DNA from: Eubacteriales bacterium
GTDB lineage: Bacteria > Bacillota > Clostridia > Oscillospirales > CAG-272
Reading direction: 5' to 3'
DNA length: 64,000 nt
Assembly: GCA_045659745.1 (NCBI GenBank)
Contig: JAZRCL010000057.1
Coordinates: 138 to 64,137, forward strand
How positions within the stretch are numbered: position 1 is the stretch's first letter; the number at the start of each line of letters is the position of its first letter. Shown here piece after piece: positions 58,526 through 64,000 of the stretch. The position numbers and the translations under genes are program-made. The notes under the pieces were generated by a model. The model was given only the letters and a program-made list of their open reading frames with translations, had not been told where the DNA came from and did not search any database.

Positions 58526-61500
58526 ATGAAAAAGAGAAACATTAAAGCCTTTACTGTCGTAGAGCTTGTAATCGTTATCGCAGTTATTGCTATACTTGCG
58601 GCGGTTATGATCCCTACCTTCAGCGGCTTGATAAGAAAGGCGAATAAATCCGCGGACGAAGCGGAGATAACCTCGCTCAATACACAGCTTGCTATCTGGG
58701 ATGGCGATATTACGACCGAAGCGGATCTTTATGCGGTAATCGCAGAAACCTACGGCGAAGAAACCGCTAAAACCTTTGCGCCAAGAAGCGCAAAGCACGG
58801 TCTGCATTATTGGTATGACGTAGCTAAAAATCGTGTGATCCTTAGCAAATATGAGGATCTTGACGCGACCCCCGTTAATACTGTAAATGCAAATTCTGGT
58901 GTGACAATGCTTTCCAACGTAACACCACTTGCAGCAGGAGAAGAGAAGGCTCCTTTTGCACCTAACAGCCTTCGTACCATCACCAAGGGCGAAAGACAGT
59001 ATTTCTTTATAGATAAGAGCGGTAGTGCGGTCGCTGAATTCTTTGACTTGATCGATACAATCAGCGAAAACAATTATAGTGACATTGAGGCGGCACTTGA
59101 AAGCCTTAAAGGTGAGATTGTTAATGCAATCAAAACAAGACTTGCGTCCGTCGCAATCCTTAATGGCAACGGCTTGTTTACAAAGGTTGAGAAGCCTTCC
59201 GCGATCTATATTCCTGTGAATAAGGATACCGAGAATGTCATCGCCTTGGGAACAGCAATCTATAAAGACGGTGATCTTGTTGATCGTAACGCGGTAGATT
59301 TTTCCGAGATAAAGCGCATTGATTTGCCTAACGGATATAAGGTTCTTACTGCAGGTCTGACAGGCTTTAGAGGTGCCGATGCAACTCCTATGTTGGAGAA
59401 CACGACCGAACTCCACGTTAACGCCAAGGAAAGCGACCTCGGAACAATTTTCGAGGCATATTCTACTGATTGCGTTATCGTTCTTCCTAATGGTTCGAGA
59501 TACATTATAGAGGGAACGAGTATCTATAAGCTTCCCAAGGGTGATACACCTATCACTGATGATCTTAAAGCCGATAGTGTTCCCGATGTTAAGATTGAAT
59601 ACACGGACGGCAATGAAAATGTTGGAGCAGATACCGGTTATTTCTATAACGGCACACTCTATATCGCATACGACATAGAGAATGGCGCACAGCTTTCCTT
59701 GGCTGACGGCGTTGCTTCAAGTATGGTTAATTGGACAGTAAGTGATAATGCTCCTATTAGCATTGATGAAACTGGTAAGATTACAGTGGTAGGCGCCCCC
59801 GATCCTCTTAATGTTACGGCTACTGTAACTGCCACGTCTAAATATAACAACGAAAAGACGGATAGCATAAATGTAGTGCTTGTATTCCCGACAACTGTAG
59901 ATTGGTCTTTAGAAACAATTGGAGATAAAACAGCAGATTCTAATGTTATCAATGAACCGATTAAACTTAGCATTAGCGATGTCGATAAGCTTTCATTTGA
60001 AATCAAGGCAACTGGAACTGTTGGATATACATATAACAGTTATGTCAAAATGGCTGGCGCCGAGAGTGTTCAGTTTATTTTGGGCGACGGAAACCTGCTT
60101 ACAAAGGATGGCGAAAAATTGGTAGCTCATCCAGGAAATATTACGGAAGAGAATAACACCCAGACACTTAACGTCATCTATAAAGTTGGCGAGCAGACTT
60201 ATATCACAGCAACTTATGATATCATAGTTTCTGACGATACAAATTGCCCTATTAGCGTAAATGCTATTACTAATTCTCTCAATATGGGAGATAAATATCT
60301 GTTCCGCGTTGGTAACAGCAATGCATTCAACTTGAACAAATTGTTTAACGGCACGACAGACAAGAAAGTTAAAATTGAAATATATGATGTAGCGCTGACA
60401 GATAATGACGGAGAAGAAAATCTCATTGCCACTTCTGGAAATTTCTATGCAAAGATTAACGACATTGCGGCCAACACTAAAGAATGCTCAGATGGCAATT
60501 GGAATGAAATTAAAGTGCAGTTTTTTGGTACCGGCGTAGCAATTATTCGTTTTACTGCAAACGGCAAGACTGAGGAATTGCATATTGAAGTTGTTGACGG
60601 TTACAACATTACCTCGGCAGGGGAGTTGAAAACTAATAAGAACAATATTTTGTTGAATGATATTGATATTAGTGATTACAGTAATAACTATATTTCTTTC
60701 TCGGGTAATACCACCAACCATGTAGTTTTGTACGGTAATGGTTTTAAGTTTAATATTGAGGCAGGAAGAAATAATAACTTTGGCGTAATTACTCTTACAA
60801 ACGCTGATATTGACAACACAAGAATTATCGGATCAATATATACTGAGTACGGCGACTCGTGGGATAACGGGAACACCCCATACTATGCATCAGCAGTATA
60901 TGTTACTGCGAATAGCCGAATTTCCAATTCCTACATTTTTGGCTGTCGTGCAAATGTCAGAGTAGATAATTTAATTTCTAAGGGAACTCTCGAACTTGTT
61001 GATACCGTTTTGGATTGCGGAAGATTTGCAAACCTCGATGTTGCCGGTAATGCTGTATTGGAAGGTGTAACAACCGTAAATGAACCGCGTCCGGATAATA
61101 AAAATGTAGCGGGTTTTAGTGTTGTGATTCCCCAAGAAGGTGGATCTTCAACAATAGAAATTAAAGGTAAGGGCTTAACACAATACAATTGGATGACCAG
61201 CAGCGATAGCTCTAAGCTTCCTAATTTTACTGGTAAAAATGTATTATTCAATGCTATGTTTGATACAGAGTATGCTGCATTCCAGCACAAACATGGCACT
61301 GAAACCTATGTCAATATGGGTATTATCTCTATGTCTAGTGAGACAGACGGAAGTAATATTAAATACGAATCTCAATATTATACTGAAAAGACTGCAACGC
61401 TTACTGGTTTTTCGGGCTATGTTGTATCTCTTGGAGAAAAGTACAGCTTGTCCTCAAATGATTTGACATACCGCGAGGACACTTATTCTTGGGATCCTTC

Positions 61501-63052
61501 GAAGCAGAGCGCATCGCTACCTACATTTACATGGACAGCCGGATATGAGGATTATAAGCATGAAATTTCTTTTGATAGCGGAAGTTCTGTAACATTTGAT
61601 CCTAAAGTATTGATTGCTGAAAAGCATAAGCAGGGTTTGGAAGTTACAATAAAGCTCGAAAATGATTCCTCTTACACTGGTGGTGGTAAAACTTTCACCG
61701 AGGGAGGCACTTATACATTTGAATATACTGTAACAGACCCGTATGTTTATAATTTAGATGGAACGCTTGCAGAAGCGAAAATTTACACCTATAAGCTTAC
61801 CGTTGAAGTAGAGGTTAGAGAGACAACCATCAAAGAACCCGAATTTACCTTTAACGGAGTAAAAGCAACTATCGTTGAGGGTACAGATGGAAAGTTCTAT
61901 GTTACGCTTCCTGCTGGAACAGCTAATACAAAAACAACTACTGCTGGTGGAAAGACTATCACATACCCGATTGCTGAGGGAAAAACTCAGGCTGTTTCAC
62001 TTGGTAATAATAAGTATTGGTATTTCCCTTATTATTCGATCGTAACTATTACAAATTACACAGATGCTTTCGGAAATAACACAATCTTTAATAGTTCCAC
62101 CACAAGCAAGGGGCCTGTTCCCGAGTCTTATTCAGGCGATTTGTATTGGGGTAAGAGCGACGCGGAAGGTAACTACTCAGATTACGGTGGCTATGGTATG
62201 AAACGTAATACTAGCAACGACAGTAAGTATCAAGTCGAAAGAGAAACTACTGTTCAATTCTCCTTTACTGCCGGAAATAACACAACATACTACTACTACA
62301 TTCATTATGCTTTCGATACTACAGATGATGCTCCTAGCTCTGGTGGAGGCTCCGACAATTGTATTGCCGCAGGCACTATGATTACTCTGGCTGATGGCTC
62401 TAAGAAGGCTGTCGAGGATCTTCGTAAGGGTGATATGGTAATGTCCTTCGACCACCTTACTGGCGAGATCACATACAAGGATGTAATCATCGTTGCAAGA
62501 ACGTATTCAGAAAGCTACTACAAGAACACGTTCGTGTTCGATGACGGAACAGAGCTTGTAACGATCAATGAGCACGGTATCTACGACCTTGACCTCAACA
62601 AGTACGTAAATATCGATCACATTAACTATACCGATTATCTTGGACATAGTTTTGTATCTGTAGATGCCGAGGGTAATCTTGGTGTGAAAAAGCTTGTTGA
62701 CGTTAAGACCGTTTGCGGCGGTGGTTATAAGTACGACATCGTAACTAATGGAACTCTTAATTACGTTGCAGAGGATACTCTTTCTGTAACACACGTTCTT
62801 GTTGATGTTATCAACTCCTTCGACTTTGGCTCAGATCTCAAGTACGATGCAGAAAAGATGCTGTCTGATATTGAGAAGTACGGTCTGTATGACTATGCAG
62901 AATGGGAAGAGTACTGCGATATTTCTGTATTTGATCAGTACAATATTCCCGTTATGAAGGTGGGTATTTCTAAGGGACTTTACACCAAGGAATACATTAT
63001 CGGCCTTATTAACACGTATGTTCTTAATGACAGCGCTCAGATTATCGACTAA
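58526..63052 (+). CDS. Giant (1,508 aa) modular pilin-like adhesin with C-terminal Hint autoprocessing domain
   Basis: MKKRNIKA|FTVVELVIVIAVIAILAAVMIPTF prepilin signal and helix, near-identical to the major pilin. Ig-like segments (aa about 384-453, about 1020-1097). Beta-helix-like repeats (aa about 700-860). Hint domain from Cys1279 (CIAAGTMITLADGSKKAVEDLRKGDMV...). AGGAGG Shine-Dalgarno. Terminator follows. Confidence 0.85.
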   Translation: MKKRNIKAFTVVELVIVIAVIAILAAVMIPTFSGLIRKANKSADEAEITSLNTQLAIWDGDITTEADLYAVIAETYGEETAKTFAPRSAKHGLHYWYDVAKNRVILSKYEDLDATPVNTVNANSGVTMLSNVTPLAAGEEKAPFAPNSLRTITKGERQYFFIDKSGSAVAEFFDLIDTISENNYSDIEAALESLKGEIVNAIKTRLASVAILNGNGLFTKVEKPSAIYIPVNKDTENVIALGTAIYKDGDLVDRNAVDFSEIKRIDLPNGYKVLTAGLTGFRGADATPMLENTTELHVNAKESDLGTIFEAYSTDCVIVLPNGSRYIIEGTSIYKLPKGDTPITDDLKADSVPDVKIEYTDGNENVGADTGYFYNGTLYIAYDIENGAQLSLADGVASSMVNWTVSDNAPISIDETGKITVVGAPDPLNVTATVTATSKYNNEKTDSINVVLVFPTTVDWSLETIGDKTADSNVINEPIKLSISDVDKLSFEIKATGTVGYTYNSYVKMAGAESVQFILGDGNLLTKDGEKLVAHPGNITEENNTQTLNVIYKVGEQTYITATYDIIVSDDTNCPISVNAITNSLNMGDKYLFRVGNSNAFNLNKLFNGTTDKKVKIEIYDVALTDNDGEENLIATSGNFYAKINDIAANTKECSDGNWNEIKVQFFGTGVAIIRFTANGKTEELHIEVVDGYNITSAGELKTNKNNILLNDIDISDYSNNYISFSGNTTNHVVLYGNGFKFNIEAGRNNNFGVITLTNADIDNTRIIGSIYTEYGDSWDNGNTPYYASAVYVTANSRISNSYIFGCRANVRVDNLISKGTLELVDTVLDCGRFANLDVAGNAVLEGVTTVNEPRPDNKNVAGFSVVIPQEGGSSTIEIKGKGLTQYNWMTSSDSSKLPNFTGKNVLFNAMFDTEYAAFQHKHGTETYVNMGIISMSSETDGSNIKYESQYYTEKTATLTGFSGYVVSLGEKYSLSSNDLTYREDTYSWDPSKQSASLPTFTWTAGYEDYKHEISFDSGSSVTFDPKVLIAEKHKQGLEVTIKLENDSSYTGGGKTFTEGGTYTFEYTVTDPYVYNLDGTLAEAKIYTYKLTVEVEVRETTIKEPEFTFNGVKATIVEGTDGKFYVTLPAGTANTKTTTAGGKTITYPIAEGKTQAVSLGNNKYWYFPYYSIVTITNYTDAFGNNTIFNSSTTSKGPVPESYSGDLYWGKSDAEGNYSDYGGYGMKRNTSNDSKYQVERETTVQFSFTAGNNTTYYYYIHYAFDTTDDAPSSGGGSDNCIAAGTMITLADGSKKAVEDLRKGDMVMSFDHLTGEITYKDVIIVARTYSESYYKNTFVFDDGTELVTINEHGIYDLDLNKYVNIDHINYTDYLGHSFVSVDAEGNLGVKKLVDVKTVCGGGYKYDIVTNGTLNYVAEDTLSVTHVLVDVINSFDFGSDLKYDAEKMLSDIEKYGLYDYAEWEEYCDISVFDQYNIPVMKVGISKGLYTKEYIIGLINTYVLNDSAQIID

Positions 63053-63063
63053 CAACTTTTTAT

Positions 63064-63092
63064 CACCCACCCTTTCGGGGGTGGGTGGTTTA
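63064..63092 (+). terminator. Hairpin terminator after the giant pilin gene
   Basis: cacccaccc-tttcgg-gggtgggtg followed by gTTTaT. Confidence 0.55.
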
Positions 63093-63117
63093 TAATCCTT
63101 TGTTCAGGAGGTAGCCT

Positions 63118-63999
63118 ATGGCTATAAAATATACATCTACAAAACCCGAAAAAGAAAAGCCCCAAAAGGCACCTAAAGCACCCAAAACCGAAAAGCCTGC
63201 GAAAAAAGACAATTTGGTTAAGGTGAAGATGAGCAAGCCCACAAAGGCTGCTAAAGCGCCTAAGGCACAGAAACCCCAAAAGGTAAAGAATAGTACGCCC
63301 GCGAAAGCGCCTAAGGCAGGAGCGTCTGTCACGTTTAAAGGTGGTAAAACTAAAAAGACGTCAAATACCGTGAATGGTGATGCGCCCAAAAAAGCATTTG
63401 CTCCTAAAATTGCTATAGTGATAGGCGTTATCTTGGTGCTTGCTATCGTAATGGTTGCTGTATTTTTGATTATGCCTGCAGTTAAGCAAAATGGCGAGGC
63501 GATAAAAGAAATAAGTGTTTCGCAATTGCCTGACAAGACTGTTTATTTGACCGGTGAAGAAGCAAATTACACTGGCTTGCGTATTCAGGTGACGAAAAAA
63601 AATGGTGAAACCTATACCGTTCGCGCTCATGAGTGCGAAATTACCGGATTTGATAGCGCCAAGGAAGGATATATACGTATTCTTGTAAAATATGAGGGCT
63701 TTGAGGTTGGGTTTAACCTCAAGGTTCAGGAGCCACCACGCCCTACTCCATCACTTAAGAGCATTAGTTTGAAAACTTTACCTAAAACAGAATATAAGGT
63801 AGGAGAGAGGCTCGATACCATAGGTGGTGTTATTCTTTGCGAATATAATGATGGTTCACAACACACTGTTTCTCTTGTAAATGGCCATGTCTCTGGCTTC
63901 AAGAATGTCGATGGCCCGGGAACATATATGTTGACCGTAAAGTACAAGGAAAACGGCGTTTTGGCAACCTGCACCTACGAAATCACGGTAACAGAATAA
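63118..63999 (+). CDS. Single-pass membrane protein: Lys/Pro/Ala-rich cytoplasmic N-terminus and extracellular Ig-like (Big_3-like) repeats
   Basis: KPEKEKPQKAPKAPKTEKPAKK... (aa 8-95), TM IAIVIGVILVLAIVMVAVFLIMP, then two repeats of the LP.KT.Y..GE....GL.I......G pattern. The TAA stop at 63997-63999 is inside the window. Confidence 0.7.
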   Translation: MAIKYTSTKPEKEKPQKAPKAPKTEKPAKKDNLVKVKMSKPTKAAKAPKAQKPQKVKNSTPAKAPKAGASVTFKGGKTKKTSNTVNGDAPKKAFAPKIAIVIGVILVLAIVMVAVFLIMPAVKQNGEAIKEISVSQLPDKTVYLTGEEANYTGLRIQVTKKNGETYTVRAHECEITGFDSAKEGYIRILVKYEGFEVGFNLKVQEPPRPTPSLKSISLKTLPKTEYKVGERLDTIGGVILCEYNDGSQHTVSLVNGHVSGFKNVDGPGTYMLTVKYKENGVLATCTYEITVTE

Positions 64000-64000
64000 C

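Noticed and set aside
58502-59416. 304-aa minus-strand ORF, plus the other antisense ORFs at 25641-26435, 34626-35612, 42138-42869, 43408-44181, 48768-49331 and 50852-51412
   Set aside because: All lie opposite genes with strong family signatures, and all lack Shine-Dalgarno sequences and recognisable domains.
62795-63049. Interpretation of the post-Hint 85-aa tail as a polymorphic-toxin effector, with the next gene as its immunity protein
   Set aside because: The tail is short and acidic with no nuclease, deaminase or pore-former motif. The downstream gene encodes a large Ig-repeat membrane protein behind a terminator, which is unlike typical small immunity genes. The idea is retained only as an alternative inside the Hint finding.

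Overview
This is a 64-kb chromosomal segment from a Gram-positive anaerobe. Gene content (cwlD, Prp plus L27 propeptide, MecA-like adaptor, SpoVB-like flippase) points to Bacillota, class Clostridia; I cannot determine the genus by eye. I support about 61 protein-coding genes. I recognised no rRNA, tRNA, CRISPR array, transposase or prophage. All functional calls come from motif recognition in the supplied translations and from reading the DNA; no searches or computations were run.

Layout:
(1) 1-31.5 kb is housekeeping. It holds a family-4 UDG, MecA, an XPD/DinG-type helicase, an aminotransferase, a radical SAM protein, a Cys-repeat surface protein, nusB, xseA-xseB-ispA-tlyA-nadK-argR, argS, yebC, rplS, rplU-prp-rpmA, rluA-like, cwlD, guaB and rpsF-ssb-rpsR. 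Many of these have perfect TTGACA-17-TATAAT promoters and hairpin terminators.
(2) 31.5-49.9 kb is a glycan-utilisation island mixing alpha-glucan enzymes (pullulanase, MalQ, a GH13 lipoprotein) with beta-1,4-galactan enzymes (two GH53). It also carries an unrecognised 601-aa cytoplasmic protein, a small zinc-ribbon protein and a four-gene ABC importer. The binding protein of that importer carries an extra C-terminal carbohydrate-binding-like domain.
(3) 51.4-63.1 kb is a type IV pilus operon. It is preceded by a 38-nt poly(A) tract. Gene order is major pilin, three pilin-like genes, a PilM-like gene, PilD, PilC, PilB.

The operon ends with the most unusual gene in the window, and my best candidate for an undescribed system. 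It encodes a 1,508-aa protein with a canonical prepilin signal and helix. These are followed by about 1,200 aa of adhesin-like modules with an AT-rich core, and then a C-terminal Hint (Hedgehog/intein-like) autoprocessing domain plus an 85-aa tail. This suggests a self-cleaving or thioester-forming pilus-borne adhesin.
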